Sequence record: SRR2962707_3777
DNA length: 33,325 nucleotides
Direction: 5' to 3' (one strand)
Position 1 is the first letter of the stretch. Every line of letters starts with the position of its first letter. The notes beneath the pieces are model-generated. The model ran no database searches and had not been told where the DNA came from. It saw only the letters and a program-made list of their open reading frames with translations. The position numbers and the translations under genes are program-made. Below are positions 1 through 8,797 of this stretch, piece after piece.

Positions 1-1825
1 CACCGCCTTCCAGATCATCTGGCGGCTGTGGAAGTCCAAGCAAAAGAAACGCATCCTGTTCCTGGCCGACCGCAACATCCTAGTCGACCAGACCAAGAAT
101 AACGACTTCAAGCCTTTCGGCCAGGCCATGACCAAGGTCACCAACCGGACGGTAGACAAATCCTACGAGATTTACCTATCGCTGTACCAAGCCGTCACCG
201 GCAGTGAAGACGAACAGAACATCTACAAGCAGTTTTCCCCGGATTTCTTCGACCTCGTGGTTATCGACGAGTGTCACCGGGGCAGCGCCTCTGTGGACTC
301 CGCTTGGCGCCAGATTCTGGAATACTTCTCGGCGGCCACCCACATCGGTCTGACCGCTACTCCCAAGGAAACCAGGGAAGTCTCCAACATCGACTACTTC
401 GGCGAGCCGGTTTACACCTACTCCCTGAAGCAAGGCATCGAAGACGGCTTTCTCGCCCCCTACAAAGTCGTGCGCATCGACCTAGACCGCGACCTGCAAG
501 GCTGGCGCCCCAGCAAGGGCCAGACCGACAAACACGGTGAGCTGATCGAAGACCGCATCTACAACCAGAAAGACTTCGACCGGCAGTTGGTTCTGGAAAA
601 GCGCACCGAAGTAGTGGCTCGGAAAGTGACCGAATTTCTCGAGCAGACCGACCCTTATCAGAAAAGCATCGTCTTCTGCGAAGACATCGACCACGCCGAA
701 CGCATGCGCCAGGCCTTGGTAAACCTGAATCCCGAGCGGGTGAAGGAGAACCGCAAGTACGTCATGCGCATTACCGGTGACGAACAGGAAGGCAAAGCCG
801 AGCTGGACAACTTCATCAACCCGGAAGAGCGTTATCCCGTCATCGCCACCACCAGCAAGCTGATGACCACCGGCGTAGACGCCCAAACCTGCAAACTCAT
901 CGTGCTGGACCAGCGCATCCAGTCCATGACCGAGTTCAAGCAAATCATCGGCCGTGGCACCCGCATCAACGACGACTACAACAAACACTGGTTCACCATT
1001 CTCGACTTCAAGAAAGCCACCGAGCTGTTCGCAGACCCGGCGTTCGACGGCGACCCAGTGAAGGTCTATGAGCCCAAGGCCGGCGAATCAGTCGTACCAG
1101 ACGACGAACAGGAAACGCTGGAACCCGATGCCACTGAACTGCCGTTAAGTGAGGAAGCCGAAGGTTACGAAATCGAGCCCGGCGAAACCTGGCACCGCGA
1201 CGACAGCCAACCCGCCTGGCCGTCCGACGACCAGGAAAAGACCAAGCGTGTGAAGTACGTGGTAGGCGATGTGGAAGTCAGCGTGATTGCCGAACGTGTC
1301 CAATACCTGGGCCCAGACGGCAAGCTCATCACCGAAAGCCTGAAGGACTTCACCCGCAAGAAAGTGAAAGAGCAGTACGCCACCCTCACCGACTTCCTCA
1401 AAGGCTGGAACGAAGCTGAGCGCAAACAGGCCATCATCGAAGAACTTGCCGAGCAAGGTGTGATGTGGGACGACCTCATCAAGGACGTCCGCAAGAAACT
1501 GGGGGCTGAGCCCGACCCCTTCGATGTCATCTGCCACATCGTCTACGACCAGCCGCCCCTGAGCCGCAAAGAACGGGCCGAGCAGGTGCGCAAACAGAAT
1601 TACTTCAGCAAATACGAGGGCGCCAGCAAACAGGTTCTAGACGCCCTGCTCGACAAGTACACCGACGACGGCATTGAGCCCATCGAAGATGTTAAAATCC
1701 TGACCCTCGCGCCGTTCAGCCAGATTGGCTCACTGATGGAACTGGTGGATGCCTTTGGCGGCAAGCCTGGCTACACCGAAGCCGTGCGAGATCTGGAAGA
1801 CGAGCTTTACCGGCAAACACCCTGA
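1..1825 (+). CDS. hsdR: Type I restriction enzyme R subunit, EcoAI/EcoEI-like (5' truncated by window)
   Basis: Frame is open from base 2 ([30 protein letters not shown]), so the ATG at 128 is internal. Contains SF2 helicase motifs DECHRGS, GLTATP, TTGVD and QIIGRGTR, an EcoEI-type C-terminal domain, and lies directly upstream of hsdM/hsdS. Confidence 0.96.
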   Translation, partial: TAFQIIWRLWKSKQKKRILFLADRNILVDQTKNNDFKPFGQAMTKVTNRTVDKSYEIYLSLYQAVTGSEDEQNIYKQFSPDFFDLVVIDECHRGSASVDSAWRQILEYFSAATHIGLTATPKETREVSNIDYFGEPVYTYSLKQGIEDGFLAPYKVVRIDLDRDLQGWRPSKGQTDKHGELIEDRIYNQKDFDRQLVLEKRTEVVARKVTEFLEQTDPYQKSIVFCEDIDHAERMRQALVNLNPERVKENRKYVMRITGDEQEGKAELDNFINPEERYPVIATTSKLMTTGVDAQTCKLIVLDQRIQSMTEFKQIIGRGTRINDDYNKHWFTILDFKKATELFADPAFDGDPVKVYEPKAGESVVPDDEQETLEPDATELPLSEEAEGYEIEPGETWHRDDSQPAWPSDDQEKTKRVKYVVGDVEVSVIAERVQYLGPDGKLITESLKDFTRKKVKEQYATLTDFLKGWNEAERKQAIIEELAEQGVMWDDLIKDVRKKLGAEPDPFDVICHIVYDQPPLSRKERAEQVRKQNYFSKYEGASKQVLDALLDKYTDDGIEPIEDVKILTLAPFSQIGSLMELVDAFGGKPGYTEAVRDLEDELYRQTP

Positions 1826-1873
1826 TCTGATTTCCGTTTATCGCCATTCCGTTTACTCAGGAACTGAACACCT

Positions 1874-3370
1874 ATGTCTATCAGCACCACCATCAAATCC
1901 ATTCAGGACATCATGCGCAAAGACGTTGGCGTAGACGGCGATGCCCAGCGCATCGGCCAGTTGGTCTGGATGCTGTTCCTGAAAATCTTCGACGACCGGG
2001 AACAGGAATGGGAACTGATTTACGACGACTACAAATCCCCGATTCCGGAACACCTGCGCTGGCGCAACTGGGCCGCCGACCCCGAAGGCATGACCGGTGA
2101 CGAACTCAAAGACTTCATCGACAACACCCTGTTCCCCGGCCTGCAAAACCTGCAACCGGCCGGTGATGACTACCGGGGCGTGGTTATCCGCAACGTATTC
2201 GAGGATGCCTACAACTACATGAAGTCCGGCCAGCTCATGCGCCAGGTCATCAACAAGCTGCAGGACGGCATCAACTTCAACAAGTCCGCCGAGCGCCATG
2301 AGCTAGGCGATATGTACGAGCAAATCCTCAAAGACCTGCAAAGCGCCGGCAACGCCGGTGAGTTCTACACCCCGCGGGCGGTAACCGAATTCATGGTCAA
2401 CCGGGTAGACCCGAAGCTGGACGAGAAAGTGATGGACCCGGCCTGTGGCACCGGCGGCTTCCTCACCTGCACCATCGAGCACAAACGCAAACACTACGTC
2501 AGCACCCCGCAGGACGAACAAACCCTGCAAAAGAGCATTCACGGCGTTGAGAAAAAGCCCCTGCCGCACCTGCTGGCCACCACCAATATGGTGCTGCACG
2601 GTATCGAAGTGCCGGATCAGATCAAGCATGACAACACCCTGGCCCGCCCGCTCATCAGCTGGGGCCCGAAAGAACGGGTGGACGTTATCGTAGCCAACCC
2701 GCCCTTCGGCGGCATGGAAGAGGACGGCATTGAAACCAACTTCCCCAGCGCCTTCCGCACCCGGGAAACCGCCGACCTGTTCATGACCCTGTTCATCCAC
2801 CTGCTACGGGACGGTGGCCGCGCTGCGGTGGTACTGCCAGACGGCTTCCTGTTCGGTGAGGGCATGAAAACCCGCCTCAAGGAAAAGTTGCTGGACGAGT
2901 GCAACCTGCACACCATCGTGCGCCTGCCCAACGGCGTGTTTAATCCCTACACCGGCATCAAGACCAACCTGCTGTTCTTCACCAAGGGCAAGCCCACCGA
3001 AACCGTGTGGTACTACGAACACCCCTACCCGGAAGGCTACAAGAACTACAGCAAAACCAGGCCCATGAAGTTCTCCGAGTTCCAGACCGAAATCGACTGG
3101 TGGGGCTCCGAGGCCGACGGCTTCGCGAGCCGCGAGAAAACCGAGCAGGCCTGGAAGGTGTCCATCGACGACATCAAGGCCCGCAACTACAACCTGGACA
3201 TCAAGAACCCTCACGAAGGCGAACAGGTCAGCCACGACCCGGACGAATTGCTGGCCAAGTACGAACAGCAGCAGGCCGAAATCCAGGAAATCCGCCACCA
3301 ACTGCGGGACATCCTGGCCGATGCGCTCTCCCACAACACCGATGAGAACACCGACGGAGGTGCGGCGTGA
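1874..3370 (+). CDS. hsdM: Type I restriction-modification methyltransferase subunit M (N6-adenine)
   Basis: Motif I DPACGTGGFL, motif IV NPPFGG, GEFYTPR, and an EcoAI-like N-terminus (IKSIQDIMRKDVGVDGDAQR). Confidence 0.97.
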   Translation: MSISTTIKSIQDIMRKDVGVDGDAQRIGQLVWMLFLKIFDDREQEWELIYDDYKSPIPEHLRWRNWAADPEGMTGDELKDFIDNTLFPGLQNLQPAGDDYRGVVIRNVFEDAYNYMKSGQLMRQVINKLQDGINFNKSAERHELGDMYEQILKDLQSAGNAGEFYTPRAVTEFMVNRVDPKLDEKVMDPACGTGGFLTCTIEHKRKHYVSTPQDEQTLQKSIHGVEKKPLPHLLATTNMVLHGIEVPDQIKHDNTLARPLISWGPKERVDVIVANPPFGGMEEDGIETNFPSAFRTRETADLFMTLFIHLLRDGGRAAVVLPDGFLFGEGMKTRLKEKLLDECNLHTIVRLPNGVFNPYTGIKTNLLFFTKGKPTETVWYYEHPYPEGYKNYSKTRPMKFSEFQTEIDWWGSEADGFASREKTEQAWKVSIDDIKARNYNLDIKNPHEGEQVSHDPDELLAKYEQQQAEIQEIRHQLRDILADALSHNTDENTDGGAA

Positions 3371-5013
3371 GTGCGCGGGAGCTGATTACCGACCATCTGG
3401 ATTTGTGGACTGGGGCGGTCACGAAGAAGTCCAGCAGTGGCCGGGGGAGCAATGGCAAGGTTGAGTTAACTGGGGTTAAGAAGCTGCGGGAGTTGATTCT
3501 GGAGCTTGCTGTACGAGGGAAGCTAGTAGACCAGAGCCAAGAGGACGAACCTTCGAGTGAGCTCCTGAAAAAAATCGTTGCTGAAAAGGATAAGCGAATC
3601 GAAAGAGGGGAAATCAAAAAACCGAAAAAACTCCCTGCCATAAATGATGCGGAGCTGCCGTTTCAAATACCCGCCACATGGCAGTTCATCCGGTTGGGAG
3701 ACGCAGTGGACATCATTCGGGGCATCACCTTCCCAGCAAGTGAAAAGTCGAAGTCTCCTGCCGCCGGGCGGCTGGCATGTTTACGCACAACGAACGTTCA
3801 GGACACCATCGAGATCCATGACCTGCTTTACATAAAGGAGTCGTTTGTCACTAAGAACTCCCAATACATCCAGAAGCACGACATCGTCATGTCCATGGCC
3901 AACAGTAGAGAACTTGTTGGGAAAGTGGCCTTTGTTGAAGAACAACCCGATGAGCCGATGACGTTCGGTGGTTTTCTAGGAGTTTTGCGGCCGACCCTCA
4001 TTCATCCAAAGTTCTTGATGGCTGTTCTGCGGTCACCTCACTCACGAAAAACCTTGATTGGTAATGCCAGCCAAACAACGAACATAGCCAACATTTCCAT
4101 AGGTAAGCTGAACCCCTTGGTAATAGGCTTGCCACCACTAGAAGAACAACACCGCATCGTCCAAAAAGTCGATGAACTCATGGCCCTCTGCGACCGGCTG
4201 GAACAGCAAACCAGCGACCAGCTCGAAGCCCACGAAAACCTCGTGGACACCCTTCTCGGCACCCTCACCCAACCCGAAAACGCCACCGAACTGGCCGACA
4301 ACTGGGCCCGCCTCGCTGCTCACTTTGACACCCTGTTCACCACCGAACAGAGCATAGACAAGCTCAAGCAGACCATCCTACAACTGGCAACGGCTGGCAA
4401 GCTGGTGCCCTTTCAGGGCGCCCCCGTTCCACTAAAAAATTTTCTTTCTTTCGGCCCAAGAAATGGCTTTTCACCAAAAGAGAGTAACTATGAAACGGGT
4501 TGCAAGGTATTGAAGCTCGGGGCAACGACAAAGGGATGGTTAGACCTGTTAGAGAGCAAGAATGTGGACATCGGTAACTCGGTACCACCGCACCTTTGGC
4601 TAAAAAAAGGGGATATTCTGATTCAGCGAGGGAATGCCGCCAATCATGTAGGCTGCAGCGTGCTCCTTGATTCGGATTACCCAAACTACATCTACCCAGA
4701 CCTAATGATGAAGGTCAGAGTAAAGGAGGAAGTGGCGATCCCAAGCTTCGTCGCCTTATACCTCGCTGCGCCTGGGGCTCGGCAATTCATGTGGGAGCGT
4801 ATGACCGGGACATCGGGCACTATGCCGAAAATCAGCAAAAAAGTTGTCGAGGAGATCCCAGTATCCTTACCCGATATCGAAACCCAGAAAGCTGTTGTAC
4901 AAAAAGTCGACGAACTCATAACCGTCTGCGACCAACTCAAGGAACGCCTGAACCAGGCCAGCGAAACCCGCTGCCAGCTAGCCGAAGCCGTGGTTGAAAA
5001 CGCCCTTAACTAA
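3367..5013 (+). CDS. hsdS: Type I restriction-modification specificity subunit S (Type IB-like)
   Basis: GTG start overlaps the hsdM stop (GTGA). N-terminus KKLRELILELAVRGKLV..DEPSSELL is typical of EcoAI-type S subunits. Two variable TRDs are each followed by a LPPLEEQHRIVQKVDELM-type helix. Confidence 0.95.
   Translation: MSARELITDHLDLWTGAVTKKSSSGRGSNGKVELTGVKKLRELILELAVRGKLVDQSQEDEPSSELLKKIVAEKDKRIERGEIKKPKKLPAINDAELPFQIPATWQFIRLGDAVDIIRGITFPASEKSKSPAAGRLACLRTTNVQDTIEIHDLLYIKESFVTKNSQYIQKHDIVMSMANSRELVGKVAFVEEQPDEPMTFGGFLGVLRPTLIHPKFLMAVLRSPHSRKTLIGNASQTTNIANISIGKLNPLVIGLPPLEEQHRIVQKVDELMALCDRLEQQTSDQLEAHENLVDTLLGTLTQPENATELADNWARLAAHFDTLFTTEQSIDKLKQTILQLATAGKLVPFQGAPVPLKNFLSFGPRNGFSPKESNYETGCKVLKLGATTKGWLDLLESKNVDIGNSVPPHLWLKKGDILIQRGNAANHVGCSVLLDSDYPNYIYPDLMMKVRVKEEVAIPSFVALYLAAPGARQFMWERMTGTSGTMPKISKKVVEEIPVSLPDIETQKAVVQKVDELITVCDQLKERLNQASETRCQLAEAVVENALN
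4159..4933 (+). repeat. 37-bp imperfect direct repeat pair inside hsdS (4159-4195 and 4897-4933)
   Basis: GTCCAAAAAGTCGATGAACTCATGGCCCTCTGCGACC vs GTACAAAAAGTCGACGAACTCATAACCGTCTGCGACC, 32/37 identical by hand count. They encode the conserved helix after each TRD. Confidence 0.85.
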
Positions 5014-5034
5014 CCGGAAAAGGATGACCGCGCA

Positions 5035-6051
5035 GTGTACGAAAAACCGTGGCTTAGCTACCGCGAGCAACTCGATAAATTAAAGAACCGGGGACTTGCG
5101 GTTACCGATGAGCCGAAGGCACTGGAGTATCTGGAGCGCATTGGCTACTACCGGTTGAGCGGATACTGGCACCCGTTTCGTGAACGCTCCGGGTTGTTTT
5201 GCCCAATCGGTAAGGGTATCCCCCGAGGGAAGAAAACAAAGGAAACCAGTGCCGTTCTGGACAGCTTCAAGCCGGGCTCGTCTTTCGAGGCGGCCGTGCG
5301 CCTGTACGTATTCGACAAAAAGCTTCGCCTCCTTGCACTGGATGCGCTCGAGCGCATCGAAGTGGCCTTGCGGGTCGATATATCGCACACGCTGGGAAAG
5401 CATGACCCATTCGCCTACCTGAATCCGGACATTCTATTCGAGGGGTTCGCCAAGGAGGCAGACGCTAAAACAGGCCTGCCCAGACACTTGGATTGGATGA
5501 GGAAGCAGGCCACACAAATCGCCCGCTCCAAGGAAGACTTCATCAGGCACAATAAAACCAAGTATGGCCACCCTCTGCCTATCTGGATTGCCTGCGAGGT
5601 ATGGGACTTCAACACGCTGTCAGAGCTCTATGATGGCATGCGCCCGGAAGACCAAGACATCATCGCGGAGAAATATGGGATTCAGAATGGCCGTACTCTG
5701 GCCTCCTGGCTACGGAGCCTGAACTACTTACGCAACGTGTGCGCCCATCACAGCCGCTTATGGAACCGTAACGTGGTAGACCAGCCACAAAAACCGCCGA
5801 AGGGCGTTGTGCCGGACTTCGACAATGCCTGGACGCGTGGCAACGAGCATATTCTTGCCCGGCCTTTTCTGTTGCTGTGTATTTGCCAGAAGCTATTGAG
5901 CTCTATCAATCCAACGTCCAGTTGGTGGCATCGGCTCTCGGATTTACTGGCAGAATTCCCCGAAAACGAATCACTTGGGATTGGCTGGGGCGCGTTTGGC
6001 GTGTCGGATGAATGGAGAGGCTGGGAGTGTTTCCCGAAAAGCAGGCAATAA
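5035..6051 (+). CDS. AbiF/AbiD-like (Abi_2 family) abortive infection protein, HEPN ribonuclease
   Basis: Family-typical KPWLSYREQLDKLKNRGL, GYYRLSGYW, LYVFDKKLR..LERIEVALR and LPIWIACE segments, plus HEPN RxxxxH motif LRNVCAHHSRLWNR. GTG start with AAGGA upstream. Confidence 0.9.
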   Translation: MYEKPWLSYREQLDKLKNRGLAVTDEPKALEYLERIGYYRLSGYWHPFRERSGLFCPIGKGIPRGKKTKETSAVLDSFKPGSSFEAAVRLYVFDKKLRLLALDALERIEVALRVDISHTLGKHDPFAYLNPDILFEGFAKEADAKTGLPRHLDWMRKQATQIARSKEDFIRHNKTKYGHPLPIWIACEVWDFNTLSELYDGMRPEDQDIIAEKYGIQNGRTLASWLRSLNYLRNVCAHHSRLWNRNVVDQPQKPPKGVVPDFDNAWTRGNEHILARPFLLLCICQKLLSSINPTSSWWHRLSDLLAEFPENESLGIGWGAFGVSDEWRGWECFPKSRQ

Positions 6052-6258
6052 AAAACCCCGCAGCAGCTTCACTGCAGAGCAGATCCACCGATTGGGGCCG
6101 TGTTGCGACAAATAATAGACACGAGTGGTGCATTACTCAAGTGTGGCTTACCACAAATTACAAAAACCCCCGCGTAAGCTCCTATCGGAGCCAAGAGGCA
6201 GGGGTCGTGTTAGCCGGAAGGTTAAAGCCATAGCAGCTTGGCATGCAAGCAGTAATCC
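6051..6258 (+). ncRNA. Candidate AbiF-associated structured RNA, two clear tandem units plus a degenerate third
   Basis: Unit 1 (6051-6104) and unit 2 (6162-6211) both read AAAAACCCC(C)GC...AGCT-hairpin-AGC...GGGG(C/T)CGTGTT. Region 6232-6258 repeats unit 1's inner hairpin. It starts at the abiF-like stop codon. Confidence 0.65.
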
Positions 6259-6276
6259 TGGAAAACTGGAGAACCC

Positions 6277-7287
6277 ATGAAAAATGGCTGGATGATTCGC
6301 GCCGGAAACGGCGGTCGGTACTTTGACGACTTCAAAGACAACGACTGCGTGGCCATTGGTTGGAACAGCCTGGGCGACCTTCGTAACTACAACAGTCCTG
6401 AGGCGCTGAAGGAGGCCTACATACAGCACTTCGGCAACGCGAAGCCAGGGCGCACGGCCAACGCCATTGCCATGATTCGCAAGTTCCGGGACGACATCAA
6501 TCAGGGCGACACCCTCATCACCTACAGCCAGGAGCACCGGGAATACCTGGTTGGTGAAGACCTGGGGCAGTATGAGTTCCGCCCGGAATCCGAACAGGTA
6601 GGCGAATTCCAGCACATTCGGAAAGTAAAGTGGCTGGGCCGCGTATCCCGTGACCAGTTCAGCCAGGCCACCAGGAACAGTCTCGGTTCCGTTCTGACGG
6701 TATTCTCGCTGTCGGATTCTGTCATCAACGAAGTTCAGGACCGGTTGGCCGGCAAACCGGCGATACAGCCAACCACGGCTGATGAGACTCAAACAGCGGA
6801 AGCCGAGTTCGAGATTCTGAGAGAGGAAGTTGTCTCCCGCGGTCACGAGCTCATCAAAGACAAAATACAAGGCTTGGACCCGGAGGAAATGGAAGAGCTC
6901 ACCGCAGCCCTGCTCCGCGCCATGGGCTACCAGACCCGGGTTTCAGCCAGAGGGCCAGACCGTGGTGTAGATGTTCTGGCCTCCCCCGATGGCCTGGGGC
7001 TTACTCAACCCCGCATCAAGGCTGAAGTGAAGCACCGAAGCGGCAGTATGGGCTCTAACCCCATCCGTAGCTTCATCGGCGCCCTTCGAGAGGGAGACCA
7101 AGGCTTGTTCATCAGCACCGGCGGTTTTACCCGAGAAGCCCGTTACGAGGCCGAACGGGCCACCATTCCGGTGACACTCATCGACATCGATCTCTTGGCC
7201 GACCTGGTTGTGGCGAACTATGAGAGGTTTGATATTGAGGGCCAGCGACTACTGCCGTTGGTGAAGGTATACTGGCCAGCGGAGTAA
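6277..7287 (+). CDS. Mrr-family (type IV) restriction endonuclease with N-terminal putative modified-base sensing domain
   Basis: C-terminal Mrr_cat signature LLRAMGY...GPDRGVDVLA...KAEVKH...GLFISTGGFTREA...LIDIDLLADL. N-terminal WMIRAG..CVAIGW domain. GGAGA RBS upstream. Confidence 0.88.
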   Translation: MKNGWMIRAGNGGRYFDDFKDNDCVAIGWNSLGDLRNYNSPEALKEAYIQHFGNAKPGRTANAIAMIRKFRDDINQGDTLITYSQEHREYLVGEDLGQYEFRPESEQVGEFQHIRKVKWLGRVSRDQFSQATRNSLGSVLTVFSLSDSVINEVQDRLAGKPAIQPTTADETQTAEAEFEILREEVVSRGHELIKDKIQGLDPEEMEELTAALLRAMGYQTRVSARGPDRGVDVLASPDGLGLTQPRIKAEVKHRSGSMGSNPIRSFIGALREGDQGLFISTGGFTREARYEAERATIPVTLIDIDLLADLVVANYERFDIEGQRLLPLVKVYWPAE

Positions 7288-7429
7288 CCCCCCATTACTG
7301 TGTGAATCACGTGGTTCCAATACACGCACAACCCAAGAATCAACAAACACGGGTAATGTGACAGGTTATAAGGTCACTAGATTACGACCTCTCGGCTGCC
7401 TAATCGCTCTATGAGCAACTACCCGAAAG

Positions 7430-7447
7430 AACCGACTTCGTTCGGTT
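7430..7447 (-). terminator. Short hairpin at the 3' end of the serine hydrolase gene, possible terminator
   Basis: AACCGA-CTTCGT-TCGGTT inverted repeat, followed on the minus strand only by CTTT (weak U-tract). Confidence 0.3.
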
Positions 7448-8783
7448 AAGGCCGTCCCGTTGATTCCGCACCGCGCTCCTGACTCTTCAGATAATCCGCC
7501 ACAGCCCGGTAAGCCGGCAGTGAAGTCGGATCATTCGCCTCATTGCCGGCAACCGGGTTGGAGGCAAAGCGGACGATGACCATATCGGCAGCAGGATCTA
7601 TCCAGATCGTTTGGCCATGCACACCGCGCGCCGCGAACGCCCCGTGGTCGTCGTGGCTGACCCACCACATGCCACGATAGCTCCAGCCATCGAGAAGTTC
7701 ATATCCGGCTTTGGCAAACACCGCCCGGTCGCCACCATTGCGAATACTGGCAATCGCCTGGGCCGGGATAATCTGCTCGCCGGCCCACTTACCCTCGTTC
7801 AGCACGAGTAAACCGATTCGCGCCATATCACGCAACGTGGCGTTGAATCCGCCGCCAGCAAATGGAGTACCTATGGAATCGACCGTATAGAAAGCTTCAC
7901 GCTCTGCCCCGATCTTTGACCAGATACGCTCGGAAAAGTAGTCGGCAACCGAAACCCCGGTCGTTCTTGCGATCAGCCAGCCCACCACATCTGAATTAAT
8001 GGTTTTGTAGCCGAACGCTTCACCGTGCTCTCCGTCTTTTCTGACCGTTTTCAGGTAATCGAAGTAGCTTCGAGGCCCTTCACGTTGTTCGCTCACCAGA
8101 TACGGACTCCCGGCCCTGGCATAGGTCCAGACTTCGGCATCAGGATCAGAATAGTCTTCCGAGTAGTCCAGCGCGGTGGTCATATCTAGAACCTGGCGAA
8201 CCGTTGCATCACCGAATGCACTGCGTCCCAGTTCGGGAATGATGTCTCCCACCAAAGCGGTTTCATCCAGCTTGCCTTCGGCCACCAGCACCTCGCCGAG
8301 AAGCCCCGTGAGGCTCTTGGTGACGGACATTGCGCCGTGCAGAGTGCGCTCATCAAGGCAGCCATCGTAACGCTCATAAACCACCCTGCCCTGGTGCAGA
8401 ACCAGGATGCCGTCGGTGTAATTCGCGTCAAAGGCATCGCGCCAGGTTATTGAGGCCTTACCTCCCAGGGGCAAGAATTCGACCCCCTCTATGCCGGCAT
8501 CCATGTCTACAGGAAGCTCACTGACACCTTCACTGCCATTACGAACCGCAGTCGTTGGCATCAGCTCCCGAAAATGACAGACCGTCCAGCGCAGCTTGGG
8601 GAAGGCAAAATAGTCCGGATCCGTGAAGCGAATCATTTTGTCGGGCGCCGGAGGAAAACCCTGCATCAGTCCGAGAGCGTCTGGAGTGGAGTCCGGCGCA
8701 GACAGCGGTGTCGCTTCCTGGGCCACAGCAGTCCCGCCAAGCACCAGAGACAGCGCAAAGCCGAGATGTACAGCTGAGTTCAT
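7446..8783 (-). CDS. Secreted serine hydrolase, beta-lactamase/6-aminohexanoate-dimer hydrolase (NylB)-like family
   Basis: SxxK motif MSVTKS, FGYKTINSD, GGFNATLRDMARIG and ARGVHGQ. Start taken at ATG 8783 (AAGGA RBS), giving a signal peptide ending AVA-QE. Confidence 0.85.
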   Translation of the reverse strand: MNSAVHLGFALSLVLGGTAVAQEATPLSAPDSTPDALGLMQGFPPAPDKMIRFTDPDYFAFPKLRWTVCHFRELMPTTAVRNGSEGVSELPVDMDAGIEGVEFLPLGGKASITWRDAFDANYTDGILVLHQGRVVYERYDGCLDERTLHGAMSVTKSLTGLLGEVLVAEGKLDETALVGDIIPELGRSAFGDATVRQVLDMTTALDYSEDYSDPDAEVWTYARAGSPYLVSEQREGPRSYFDYLKTVRKDGEHGEAFGYKTINSDVVGWLIARTTGVSVADYFSERIWSKIGAEREAFYTVDSIGTPFAGGGFNATLRDMARIGLLVLNEGKWAGEQIIPAQAIASIRNGGDRAVFAKAGYELLDGWSYRGMWWVSHDDHGAFAARGVHGQTIWIDPAADMVIVRFASNPVAGNEANDPTSLPAYRAVADYLKSQERGAESTGRP

Positions 8784-8797
8784 TGTCTTTTCCTTAT

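Noticed and set aside
128-1825. hsdR as a truncated pseudogene starting at 128
   Set aside because: The frame is open back to the window edge, so the truncation is a window artefact.
3568-3630. Poly-A tracts in hsdS as phase-variation sites
   Set aside because: Runs are 7 nt or shorter, encode the conserved Lys-rich segment, and the frame is intact.
6051-6104. Simple Rho-independent terminator after the Abi gene
   Set aside because: No U-tract on the + strand, the A-run precedes the stem, the loop is large, and the unit is duplicated with a conserved tail. A minus-strand terminator role cannot be fully excluded.
6051-6258. Canonical CRISPR array
   Set aside because: Only 2-3 diverged units with irregular spacing and no cas genes in the window. 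Reported as a candidate ncRNA array instead.
7288-7430. att site, dif site or IS end at the defence-island boundary
   Set aside because: Only short weak dyads such as GTGAC...GTCAC. No tRNA, integrase, transposase or convincing XerCD consensus.
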